64,000 bases of DNA from Ruditapes philippinarum (lineage: Eukaryota), in the NCBI RefSeq assembly GCF_026571515.1, contig NW_026855379.1, positions 186,001-250,000 on the forward strand, in the 5' to 3' direction. The translations under genes were made by a program, and so were the position numbers. The notes beneath the pieces are model-generated. The model saw only the letters and a program-made list of their open reading frames with translations, made no database searches and was not told the origin of the DNA. Positions 50,496-63,054 of the stretch are shown one piece after another. The stretch's first letter is position 1. Every line of letters begins with the position of its first letter.

Positions 50496-51392
50496 CATGC
50501 CAAACATTTCGGCTATGAGTAAAGGTTGAACACGACTAAATTAAGGCTTATACGAAGCGTAAAGAAAATGTTGAAGAACTATGCGTTTAAAATCAAGTGG
50601 CAAAGATCGAGGACTTCTCAAATTTTATTCATTTGTTGATTCTCAGCGTTTTTCTTTGAAGCAACAGTCAAATTGTGTATTTGAATAAAGACCGTCAAAA
50701 GGAGAGACCTTACATAGCCTTTGCAGACAGGTGGTCTTTATTCGGAGTGTATTTAATTGTATTTTAAATAATGAAGGTTTGTCAAAACGTGGTCTTCATT
50801 TAAAGGGTGGTTTTATTCGCATATGTCTTTAATAATGGTTAAACTGTAAACTTCAAGAACCAACGATGAATATGATACATAGTATTCAAGTGTATAAAGC
50901 TATAAATTTGATGTCTGTTAAAAAATAGTTGTTTATTTTGTGAATAGCAACAATGAAAGAAACTTGTCAGTATATTTTATTGAAAGCAAATAGGTCATGT
51001 GTGAGATCTAAAATAGCAGCAGACTATTCTGTTTCGGGACATTTTATTCTGTTATATTACAGTACTATTGAATTGCACATTTTTGACTAATATTGAAACT
51101 CTACAATTCTTTCAAGAAACTAATGTTAGGTTATGAGAACTACTTAATTTTACAGTTTTTATTTTTTTTGTAAATATTCTATCAGATATAGTTTTGTACA
51201 CTTTTAGATTTACTAGCATCTTTTTTAACCGTTATTCAAAAGCATATATTACTTTATTTATATTTTTCAAGTTTAATGGCAGTCTGACACGCAACAGATT
51301 GTGATGAAGATGCGACGATAATTAACTGATGAAATAACCCGCAAAGAACAACACATTACACGAAAACTTGTTCAATTCTTCAGAGGACTTAA

Positions 51393-52358
51393 ATGAGTAC
51401 ATTAAATGCAGCAATGGTGTACGACGACATTTTACTTCAAACCACAGCTCTTCAAATTGTGTTCATCATATTATACATTATAGTATTTCTGGTTGGAATA
51501 AGCGGTAACTTGCTAGTCGTTTTTGTTGTCCTTCGAAAGAAGGCAATGCACAGTATAACAAACATATATATAGCTAATCTAGCTACATCTGATATTATGA
51601 TGGGCTTATTTGCTATTCCTGTTACGTCTTTGCATTTTTTTGTGAAATCATGGATTTTTGGAGAGTTTTTATGTACTTTATTTCCGATGACGATGAGTAT
51701 ATTAGTATACGTGTCAACTCTTTCATGTACAGTGATAGCCGTGCTCAGGTATTTTGCCATTGTTTACCCTCTTAAACCAAAAATAGGACGATGTACGTGT
51801 TTCGTTATCGTAGTTTTCATTTGGTTTTTGTTCATGGCCATTTCATGGCCTTTGGGATATTTCAGTAAAACAATAATTGTGAATGATACTGTGCTGTGTG
51901 TAGAAAAATGGCCGAAATGGCAGGCTCGACAATTCTTTACTTTAACAAACATCATACTTCAGTATTTGATACCATGCAGTATAATTATATACTGTTATGT
52001 GAAAATTTCACTGGCATTGGACAGACGTTCAAAGTCTCATGTTGTAAGGAATAGCACAGATTCTGAACGCGAACAAAGAGAAATACAAAGGAAACGCCGG
52101 ACTAACAAAATGATGATTTATGTTGTTACGATATTTGTCGTTTGCTGGATGCCATTGAATCTGTTCCATATCATATCAGATTTCCATCAGACATTTGCAT
52201 ATTCCCCGTACTATAGTCTGATTTTCTTCATAACCCACCTTGTCGCTATGAGTTCTACAATGTATAATCCATTTATATACGCTTTCATGAGCGAAAAATT
52301 CAAGACTGAATTCAAAGATTTACTGAGGTGTCACCTGTTTTGTAAAAACCCGATGTAA
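51393..52358 (+). CDS. Class A GPCR, sNPF/PrRP receptor-like, copy 2
   Basis: 321-aa intact ORF, near-identical to copy 1. Confidence 0.93.
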   Translation: MSTLNAAMVYDDILLQTTALQIVFIILYIIVFLVGISGNLLVVFVVLRKKAMHSITNIYIANLATSDIMMGLFAIPVTSLHFFVKSWIFGEFLCTLFPMTMSILVYVSTLSCTVIAVLRYFAIVYPLKPKIGRCTCFVIVVFIWFLFMAISWPLGYFSKTIIVNDTVLCVEKWPKWQARQFFTLTNIILQYLIPCSIIIYCYVKISLALDRRSKSHVVRNSTDSEREQREIQRKRRTNKMMIYVVTIFVVCWMPLNLFHIISDFHQTFAYSPYYSLIFFITHLVAMSSTMYNPFIYAFMSEKFKTEFKDLLRCHLFCKNPM

Positions 52359-52713
52359 ATATATTGTAGGATGGACTTTCAATTTAGTGCCTAATTATTT
52401 AGGATTTATAATCAAAAGTTTATTATTTCATGTAAGTAAACTGTGTCATTCATTTCATATTTGTTTTCTATTTTTCATATCCATACAAGATATCACTTCT
52501 TTAGCGAAAGAACGGAATGATTACACATGTACATATTTATTTGTAAGAATTTCTTTTTTATCTCTTTTATTTTCTGCTCTTATGTCATTATGGTTGATGC
52601 CTGGAAACTTCTAGATGAAGACACAAAATATTCATAAAAATGGATCAATCAAATACATTCGAGTCGACTGTAATCTTTATAAATTATATCAAACAGAGCA
52701 AGCAACCTTGCAT

Positions 52714-52858
52714 NNNNNNNNNNNNNNNNNNNNNNNNNNNNNNNNNNNNNNNNNNNNNNNNNNNNNNNNNNNNNNNNNNNNNNNNNNNNNNNNNNNNNNN
52801 NNNNNNNNNNNNNNNNNNNNNNNNNNNNNNNNNNNNNNNNNNNNNNNNNNNNNNNNNN
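52714..52858. other. Assembly gap
   Basis: Run of N. Confidence 0.99.
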
Positions 52859-53902
52859 AGTAACTTAAGCTTGTTCAAAATATTTCCTACAAGTCCGAGT
52901 GCTCTGACCTTTAATTTATGTTACATTTTTTATTGATTGGTTTAGGCTAAGGGATGCAATCAAACTTAGAAAGATTCCATGTAATGGGAAACCTAAAAAA
53001 ACAAGACACGGAAAACCCGACAAAAGTTCAAAGTAGTTTCTGTTGGAAAAAAGAACAAGTCAATCGAAATTGAACATAACAAAATGAAATCCTACGTAAA
53101 AAAGAAGCAATATTGAAATCAATCTCATTTAGTATTTTGTATAAAAAAGGAAAACATGTTATCAAGGTCTTAAAGTGTATTATATGTTAGAATTATGGTA
53201 ATTGCGTAAATAAACCACAATAAGTCACCAAAAGCTATAACAATTAGAAAACAACAACATGACCTTTACTTTTCCTTCCTTTTTACTCATCGTCTATATA
53301 GGACCTTACAAAAAGATACCTGATACCACACAATACTGCTGTTTATGGTATTTCAATATTACATATATTCATATTCTTGTAACATGTAAAACTGTGTTTA
53401 TTGATATTCTTTGTGATAATGTCTATTTTACCTATATTTACACAATAATTTGTTCTGATACAAATGTGACAATTTGTATTTCTTGTCTTTTGTTATAAAA
53501 ACGTTTTGAAATAAATCTGCAATCTCTTATAAGTTCACTTTTTCAGTGTTATCAAGAAAAAACAAAAAAATCAATTGAATCACATATTGGAAAAACGTCT
53601 GTCTGTGCTTCAGAGATTGTTAAAATGGTGTTGATATTCTGAATACATGCAAAGCTAACCACTTTTTTTTCCGTAAGTAATTTATGCAAGAAATCAACCA
53701 CTGTTTTTTTCTAATAACAAGAAATGCTGAATATTTCTTTTGTGAAAAGGGTTTCAAATACCATTTTTCAACTTTTGTATTATTTTGTGTAGTGATAATA
53801 AAAAGTCATTTTAACACCTTATTTTCAGTCAATACTTCATGAATCAATATAGGCTGGAATATACATGTATATTATTAGTTATAAAGATTTTTTACAAGTT
53901 AT

Positions 53903-55536
53903 ATGGCCCTATGTAAACGGTTGTTTGTAAATATAACCCGAGCCGCTAGGCGAGGGTTATATTGCAAACAACCGTTTATATACTACAGTGTTCCGTTTGG
54001 ACAGTCGTGACTTTTAGTCTGTACCCACGATGGTACGATTGTGAAAACGCGATGGCACGATGGTACGATGATGAAAATGCGATGGTACGATGGTGAAATT
54101 GCGATGGTGCGATAGTACGATGGTGAAAACGCGATGTTACATCGCGTTTTCACCATCGTACCATAGTGATTTCACTATCGTACCATCGCGTTTTCACCAT
54201 CGTACCATCGCGCCATCGTGTTTTCATCATCGAGCCAACGCGTTTTCACCGTCGAGTCATCGCGTTTTCACTATCGTACCATCGCGTTTTCACCATCGTA
54301 CCATCGCGCCATCGTGTTTTCATCATCGAGCCAACGCGTTTTCACCATCGAGTCATCGCGTTTTCACCATCGTACCATCGTGTTTTTACCTTCGTACCAT
54401 CGCGCTATCACCATCGTACCATTGGGCTTTCACCATTGTACCATCGCGTTTTCACCATCGTACCATCGCGTTTTCACCATCGTACTATCGCGTTTTTCAC
54501 CATCGCGCCACCGCGTTTTCACCATTGTGCCATCGTCTTCCGGTTGTCATGCGCAATGTTATATTTTTATCAACAATGTATGCCTTCTCATTACTGAACC
54601 CCGCACCCTTTATATTTGTGTATCTTTTAAATCTTTGAATATTTGGAACATGAAATTAACAAAAGGCAATCACTCAAAAATTAAAAAAAAAATGTTGTCA
54701 TCCTTGTGCACTTTACATATAAAGTTTTTAAGTTATATATAAATATAAATATAAATAGATATATTAAATAAAGCAAGAGAAAAAATTCAGACATATATAT
54801 AGCATATACAAATGTATATCCATATATTAAATAGTCGTTGATCTATATACAGTATCACGACATAAATGGAAAATTTAATGTAAAGATAACAGGTTTTATT
54901 ATTTATAACTCAAATTAAATATCAAGTATTCTAAACTTGTTTTTATTATCTACCGTAACAGAATCTGACATCTTTCTGTATGTGTACTGATTATACTGAC
55001 CGAAAGGCGATGGTACGATGGCGCGATGGCACGATGGTGAAAACGCAATGGTACGATGGTGAAAACGCGATGGCACGATGGTGAAAACGCGATGGTACGA
55101 TGGTGAAAACGCGATGGTACGATGATGAAAACGCGATGGTACGATGGTGTAAGCGCAATGGCGCGATTGTGAAAACGCGATAGTACGATGGTGAAAGCAC
55201 GATGGTGAAAACGCAACGGTACGATGGTGAAAGCGCGATGGTACGATGGTGTAAACGCGATGGTACGATGGTGAAAACGCAATGGCACGATTGTGAAAAC
55301 GCGATGGTACGATGGTGAAAGCACGATGGTACGATGGTGAAAACGCGATGGTACGATGGTGAAAGTGCGATGTTACGATGGTGAAAGCGCGATGGTACGA
55401 TGGTGAAAACGCGATGTAACATCACATTTTCACCATCGTACCATCGCGTTTTCACTATCGTACCATCGTTCATCGCGGTAACAGACTAAATTAAAAATCA
55501 CGACTGTCCAAACGGAACACCGTAATATACGGCCAT
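53903..55536. mobile_element. Short palindromic hairpin element (53903-53983 + 55531-55536) interrupted by a nested insertion
   Basis: atggcc.tatgtaaacggttgtttg..aaccc-GA-gcc-GCTA-ggc-GA-gggtt..caaacaaccgtttatatac|ggccat once the insert is removed. Confidence 0.7.
53984..55524. mobile_element. IS3EU-like non-autonomous foldback element with inverted 22-bp arrays
   Basis: TIR tacRgtgttccgtttggacagtcgtga, TAC..GTA termini, 6-bp TSD ATATAC; arrays of gcgatggtacgatggtgaaaac in both orientations. Confidence 0.75.
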
Positions 55537-58500
55537 TTAACCTGTCAGAAATATTTATGACGAATTTATAATACAGCAAGCATCATTTTTAGAGGAATAA
55601 AGCGATATTTCTTTATTAATCGACAACAGCCGCGTATATAAAACTATATAAAAGTCACGATTATCCAATGAAAACCGACGTTACAAACGTGCAGTATTAT
55701 AATATGCACGATCGTACATATCAAAATCATGGTCAACCACATTAGTATAAAAATCGAATTGATATCTTTTTCAAGATACACGAACTTCTATTAGTCAAGC
55801 AAAAGAAATTATCGTAAAAACTTCTGATATACTTGTCATCTGTTACCGTTCATGAACAGGCTCAATCAAACCAAGCCTGCAACATTTTCAATTTTGTCGT
55901 TTTGTACGCTCTTTAGGAATTCCTTATTTCTCTCTATTTTTGCTAGAAAACTTAAAACACGTACGGCTTTTTATCTTGATAGTAACAGATCGTAAATTAG
56001 CCAAAGCTTCTCTTTCAAGGAACAATTTTATTTCATTATTCACTGATGTTTACAAAAAATATATAACTATTAGGCGAAACTACTATTAATGAGTTGTACT
56101 TTACGAGTGTAGCAGGCCATTTTAATCTGAGCATTACTCTTTGCTTGGCATTGATAGGTATACAATGTAAATGCTGTCAAAAACTTGGAATTCGATTTAG
56201 AGAAAGAAACTTGTAATGATAAAAAAACGTACTTCACTTTAAAGTCGTGTTTAATCTTTCAGTTATTCACATACTAGTATACTAGGAATATATTTAAAGG
56301 GAAAAAGAACATTTCTGGACTTGAAATACTTCGACATTGCTAAATATTTGTATACAACTTCATTTGCTAACTTCTTCAAAGTTCTAGATTAATAATATGG
56401 CACTCCTGTTTTTAAATTACATTAAGTGATTTGTGACTGTGTCTTATATTTTGATATGATTTGTCATTAAGTCATTTCTTTTATTCTCTACTCGTATGGT
56501 AAACTGAGTTGAAAAATATGGATAAAAACTACTTCAATGCATCTATTTTAACTGAAAAACGTTTGATAGTTATATATTCTGAATACCACATTTGAATACA
56601 AAGTAAGGGACATTAAATCATGATATCGGAATGCTGTAATTTTCTGAACATCCCAGAATTACTCCAAACTGATAGTTAAATACATGTAAGAAAGTTCATA
56701 AATATGATCGGTGTTTTTCGTTTAACAGCGATCATTCGTCAACCCTTGCATGATTGCGTAAGCTCATTTCACTGACCATTGTGTGACATGTTTCGTCATT
56801 TGATAAGGTCATGTCAATGTTTTCTTCAATCAATTTCAGGGGAAACTTGAATACCATATTATTCGTGATGACGCGTCTTCCTCTAAGACCGTTTATCTCT
56901 GGATGGAAATCTTATTAGAATTTCATGATGACTTCCTGACAGTTCTGTATTTTAATATAAAACTCGTACGATATAAATATGCCGTAAAGAAAAGAGTAGA
57001 ATAAAACATAGTCCATGTAGAACTTCAAAAAGGCAAAATTGAAAATGTTGCAGTCTCGGTTTGATTGAGCCTGTTCATAGACATATGACAGAGGCAAATT
57101 AACAAACACTATACATACAATTTAAACAACGACAGTCCCAAAAGCTCGCTTGATACTTTCATAGAATAAAAACAGGTAGCTTTTTCAAACATGTGCTTAT
57201 TTAAATTCAATATACCTGCAAGATTTCATACAGTTCACAAAGAGTTGAAGCTGTGCATTACAAAGGGAGCGGTGCAAGTCACGACGTCATTCCTACATCA
57301 ACGTGATTCATTGAAATTCTCACTTGACATTCAGGCTATGATTTCATTCAGTTCGACCTTGGTAAATAGCCTGGGCACCCAGCATACAGTTCTGTTCACA
57401 TTCCAAGAATGACTGTCTGTTTTCCGTACTGATCTCTAATCTGTAAGATACTTACACTTTCCTTTCGTCCGAATCGCCTGCAAAACTCCTTTTCAAATTT
57501 GACAAACGCCCGTACCATTTGCAAATCGTGCATGCATATATACATCGTCCGTGTTGCTTTTTTATCATTTTGTTCGTTTCATTACACGCATTACTTGGTG
57601 GTTATATTCAGTTTCTGGTAAACGCCAAATTACGACAATTTTGTTTATTTGAAAGAAACTACGTATGTGTTCTCTAAAATGCAAATTGTGCGTAATTATT
57701 AGAACTTTTGCCCTTAAGCTAACATATGCTTTACTGCTTGACATTTCAATAAGTCTATATGAAACGAGAGTTACATAGGAAGTCACCCTGACCACTATTC
57801 TTCCTATTCAGGCAAATTTATCACTCATTGATACTAAATTGCGTATTTCGCACGGGACGCCAAGTTAAAGACATTGTCCGAACGTGTCGGATATTGGCCT
57901 GCAATATTTTACCTTTCTGGAAAGGATGATTCGTTTTGTTGTAAAAAATCACTATTATAGAAGGAGTTATGAGTATTTGACGTGTGTTTCATAATTTGAT
58001 AATTTTAAAACACAGCTCAACTCTCATAATCTAAATATGTAGTCACCCTGTTCTTATCATTTTCTGACAATTTCACAAATGTCCATAATATGTGAACACA
58101 AGCCCGAGTCAACACAAAAATGGCAACTTCATGTTTTGATTAGCAAGATCCATGTAGGTCTATTAGAATAACATTTAAAGATATTTTTTGTTGTTCAGGC
58201 TAGATTTCAGAAATGAGAGTAATATTAATATATTCTCGATATAATATTCTAACAAAAAAGTACTAGTTTTTAAATTTCCATAAAAATCAGTACATCATTA
58301 GTTCAGTATGAATTAATCCATCAAATGGAGTTTCATAACATTTTCTTTTGCAGACTCGGTTTAGCCCACCGAAGGCATTGGTAAATTCACTCTACGGCAA
58401 ACATAATTGGCATAGAATAAAACTATTGGCATCAACATAAGCGAAAGTCGACAATTAAACGTATCAAAAGTGTTTAATCATGGCATTAGGACAACGGCAG

Positions 58501-59491
58501 AATTGCATAGAATTAACTAATGTTTTCTAGATATACTAGTCGTTATAAGCTCCAGACGTGACTGTTATTCTCAAATTGGTTACAAACAAAGGTCATCTCT
58601 AACGCCAGGATTTCTTATTACGAATCAATACTGTTTTGGTTATTTTATTGAATACAACTGTATTAGGTGTATCTATTGTAATGTTCTTTCATTTTTCATG
58701 AACCAACTATTTTTGACCGTCTCTATTTTGCCTCCCGTTTCCTTGGCCACAATAAAACTACTGTTTACTTAAAACTCAAATTTTTCAAATATCAATTTCC
58801 AACATTATGGACCTTTTCAATGTTTACAGTTTTATGCAAATTGGCTGACTGACTGTCCAATTGCTACACTGGAATAATACATGGTCACTGGTTGACCTGA
58901 TTTACACAACAGAACATACGATTTTTTTTGTAAAATTGTTTCTGAGTAGTTGACCTACAAAAAAAGCTGAACAATTATTTCACTGCTAATTACTGGGAAT
59001 GTCCATTTAGAGATTAACAAAGAATAGAGAATTAAAATATATTAACCGTCAGTTCGCATTATTAAAATAATCGGAATTGCAAACCTACATTTACAATGAT
59101 ATTGTTTACATTGTCCTAATATTGTAACTCTTTGATGAGTTAATTTTGGACATGTACCTTATTTATCGACGTGCGCTTCATTTAGCTTCCTCAGATTTTA
59201 GTTCCCCTTTAAAGAAACAGATTAACAATATAATCAGATAATTCGCTTGATGATTTCCTAACAATTTGATGTTATCGTTTATAAATTAAAAAAAAAAATA
59301 TGTGGTAAAAAGTCCTGTTTATTCATATGGATTTTTCCAAAATTATTTAGAAATATTTTGCTTTTTAATGTAAAACAGTATATTTACGAAATTGATATTT
59401 TATGAGTGTTACAAACCTATGTGTTATTCGTTTCATTACCCTGAACAGATACTGTAATGATCTGAATTTTTCAACTCTATCTAATATCTTA

Positions 59492-60255
59492 TCTGATATT
59501 ATGATGGGCTTACTTGCTATTCCTTTTACGCTTTGGCAATTTTTTATGAAATCATGGATTTTTGGAGAGTTTTTATGTGCTTTATTGCCGATGATGATGT
59601 GTATATAAATATAAGTGTCAACTCTTTCATGTACAGTCATAGCCGTGCTCAGATATTTTGCCATTGTTTACCCTCTTAAACCAAAAATGGGACGATGTAC
59701 ATGTTTCGTTATCGTAGTTTTCATTTGGTTTTTGTCCAGCACCATTTCATGGCCTCTGGGATATTTCAGTAGAACCAAAATTGTGAATGATACTGTGCTG
59801 TGTGTAGAAAAATGGCCGAAATGACAGTCTCGACAATTCTTTACTTTTACAAACATCATACTTCAGTATTTGATACCATGCAGTATAATTATATACTGTT
59901 ACGTGAAAATTTCACTGACTGGCATTGGACAGACGTTCAAAGTCTCATGTTGTAAGGAATAGCACAGTTTCTGAACGCGAACAAAGAGAAATACGAAGGA
60001 AACGCCGGACGAACAAAATGATGATTTATGTTGTTTCGATATTTGTCGTCTGCTGGATGCCATTGAATCTTATGATACAAGAATTCCATCAGACATTTAA
60101 ATATTCCCCGCACTATAGCCTGATTTTCTTCATAGCCCACCTAGTGGCTATGAGATCTACTATATATAATCCATTTATATACGCTTTGCTTTCATGAGCG
60201 AAAAATCAAGACTGAATTCAAAGCTTTACTGAGTTGCTGCCTGTTTTGTAAATAA
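59492..60255 (+). pseudogene. GPCR pseudogene B (TM2 to C-terminus)
   Basis: 5'-truncated at SDIMMG; stops at 59606, 59612 and 59822; small-duplication frameshifts at ~59915 and ~60187. Confidence 0.92.
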
Positions 60256-63054
60256 AAATACGTTGGATTTATTGAAGGATGAACTTTTTATTTCAATAAG
60301 TGCCAGATAATTTAAGATTAAATCAAATTAGATTATTTCATGTCAGCAAAACTGTGTCATAAACTTAGTAATTATGGTTTTCTTTATTTTTTATATCCAT
60401 TAATACATCCATATAGATGTTTCTTTAGCGAAAGAACAGAATGCTTACATTGGTGGCTGATTTGCGTCATTCTTGCTCTCACCCTGCAACCCCGCCAAGC
60501 GGAAAGTCGAGAATTAACAAGTTAGAAAGGCGGGCGCGGAACTAAAACATACTAATAATTGGGGCGCGGGACGAAGTTTAATAAATAAAACACCGCCCTT
60601 TGATAATAAAACTTCGCCCGCGCCCCCGATAAATAACGTGTTTTCGCCCAGAGACTCCGCCAAACGAAAAGTCAAGAATCAGCGGGGGCGCCGAGCGAAT
60701 ACACGCTATAAGCGGAGGCGGGATAGGCGGGGCTGTATATTATAGTATATACTGTTCTGATATAATAGGGACAATTTGTGCTGTTAAAAGCGTTTATAAA
60801 TAGATATGCTATCTTTTTGTAGTCCACTTTTTTCATTGTTATGACAGGTCTGTCCTTTTAAGATTAAAAAAAAAACATCCTTTGACTTACATATTCAAAA
60901 ACATATGTTTGTATTTCAGAGTCTGTTGAAACTGTCTGAATACATACAAAACACAACATTTTATTAACAAATCATTTATGAAAGAAATCAACAACTCTTT
61001 TTTAATTACAAAAAATAATTGCTAAATTTCACGTTCTAATTAAGCCGGTGCAACGAAGCGTGGACGGTAACTTGCACTCCCCATTACTGTCAATAAACAG
61101 TAATAGTCAAACCGAGCATGCAATGTTTTCAATATTGTCACTTTTGGCGTTCTTTAGGGATTCTGATTTTCTCTATTTAATGCGTGTATTTTTCTCAGAA
61201 GTTACGGGGCATTTTCAACCAGATTTACAAGCATTTTCAATGGACTTAAGTCCTTTTTTAAATCAAACATCCTACTCAAAACATTTGCATAAGACACTTC
61301 ATTGTTGCCATAAATATTACAAATGTCATTTCAAACATGGAAATGAAATTTTCCTAGGTTTGCTAGAGCTTTTAAGTTAACACTTTTAACTGAGCGTGTT
61401 TTCCGGCCAAATTTACATGAAGTAAGGTCCTATTATTAAATTTGAAACTCTAAATCGTTTGACTACGCACATGGCTTTAATATAAATTGAGAGTAAATTA
61501 TTAAAGCAGAAACAAGAATCATGAGCTGAATTAGAAAATATATTTATTAATGCATATTATATTGACCCACCATTGCATATAATGAACTGGTTAACTTATC
61601 GGACTATAATTTATATTTTGCTTCTGATTCATTTCTGATTAGCATTTGTTAGCATTTTCAAATGTTACTGTATCAGTTATCAAATTAATTCCATTATTCA
61701 TTTATGAATAGATGCCGATTCTAAAGGTTACATTTATGTTAAAGTAACTGAACACATATCTCACTGCCAATAACTCTAAACTATGACGTAGATAAATAAC
61801 ATATATAACGATGTCTCATTGCTTCAGTTTGTTGGTATGTCCCGTGAACAACATACGAAGAGATTCTTGCAAAGAAACATTAGAATAATATTAAAAATAA
61901 GGATACATTATTAAGGGGATAAGTATGTTATAAGTTTACTCTTTTGTTTTTCTAGTCGAAAATGTGTTTAATGATAAGACAAACAATGTGTTGTGTATGA
62001 TGGTCAGCTTGGAACTGACTATTTATACCAAATAACCCCTTAGTAAAGCTTCATAAGCATATCAATTATGATTGGTTGGTATGATTATAAAATTCTGGGT
62101 GTGATCGGATTAATCAGTCACGTGATATTATTAGATACTATTTATAAATAGTAATACATGCCAAACATTCCGGCTATGAGAAAAGGTTGAACACGACTAA
62201 ATTAAGGCTTATACGAAGCGTAAAGAAAATGTTGAAGAACTATGCGTTTTAAATCAAGTGGCAAAGATCGAGGACTTCTCAAATTTTATTTATTTGTTGA
62301 TTCTCAGCGTTTTTCTTTGAAGCAACAGTCAAATTGTGTATTTGAATAAAAACCATCAAAAGGAGAGACCTTACATAGCCCTTGCTGACAGGTGGTCTTT
62401 ATTCGAAGTGTATTTAATTGTATTTTAAATAATGAAGGTATGTCAAAACGTGATCTTCATTTAAAGGGTGGTTTTATTCGCATATGTCTTTAATAAAGGT
62501 TTAACTGTAAACCTTAAGAACCAACGATGAATATGATACATAGCATTCAAGTGTATAAAGCTATAAATTTGTTGTCTGTTGAAAAATAGTTGTTTATTTT
62601 GTGAATAGCTAGAATGAAAGAAACTTGTCAGTATATTTTATTGAAAGCAAATAGGTCATGTAAGAGATCTAAAATAGCAGCAGACTATTCTGTTTCTGGA
62701 TATTTTATTATGTTACAGTACTTTTGAATTGCATATTTTTGACAAATATTGAAACTCTATGATACAATTCTTTCAAGAAACTAATGTTAGGTTATGAGAA
62801 CTACTTAATTTTACAGTTTTTATTTTTTTTGTAAATATTTGTATCAGATATAGCTTTGTACACTTTCAGATTTACTAGCATCTTTTTTAACCGTTATTCA
62901 AAAGCAAATATTACTTTATTTATATTTTTCAAGTTTAATGGCAGTCTGACACGCAACAGATTGTGATGAAGATGCGACGATAATTAATTGATGAAATAAC
63001 CCGCAAAGAAAAACACATTACACGAAAACTTGTTCAATTCTTCAGAGGACTTAA

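Larger units (their letters stand above)
46912..52340 (+). repeat. Segmental duplication, left copy (matches ~57830-64000)
   Basis: Colinear high-identity blocks 46912-47370/57830-58285, 48330-49634/58485-59865, 49913-52340/61563-64000. Confidence 0.88.

Noticed and set aside
54090-55473. His/Arg-rich ORFs in several frames
   Set aside because: Translations of the 22-bp arrays inside the foldback element
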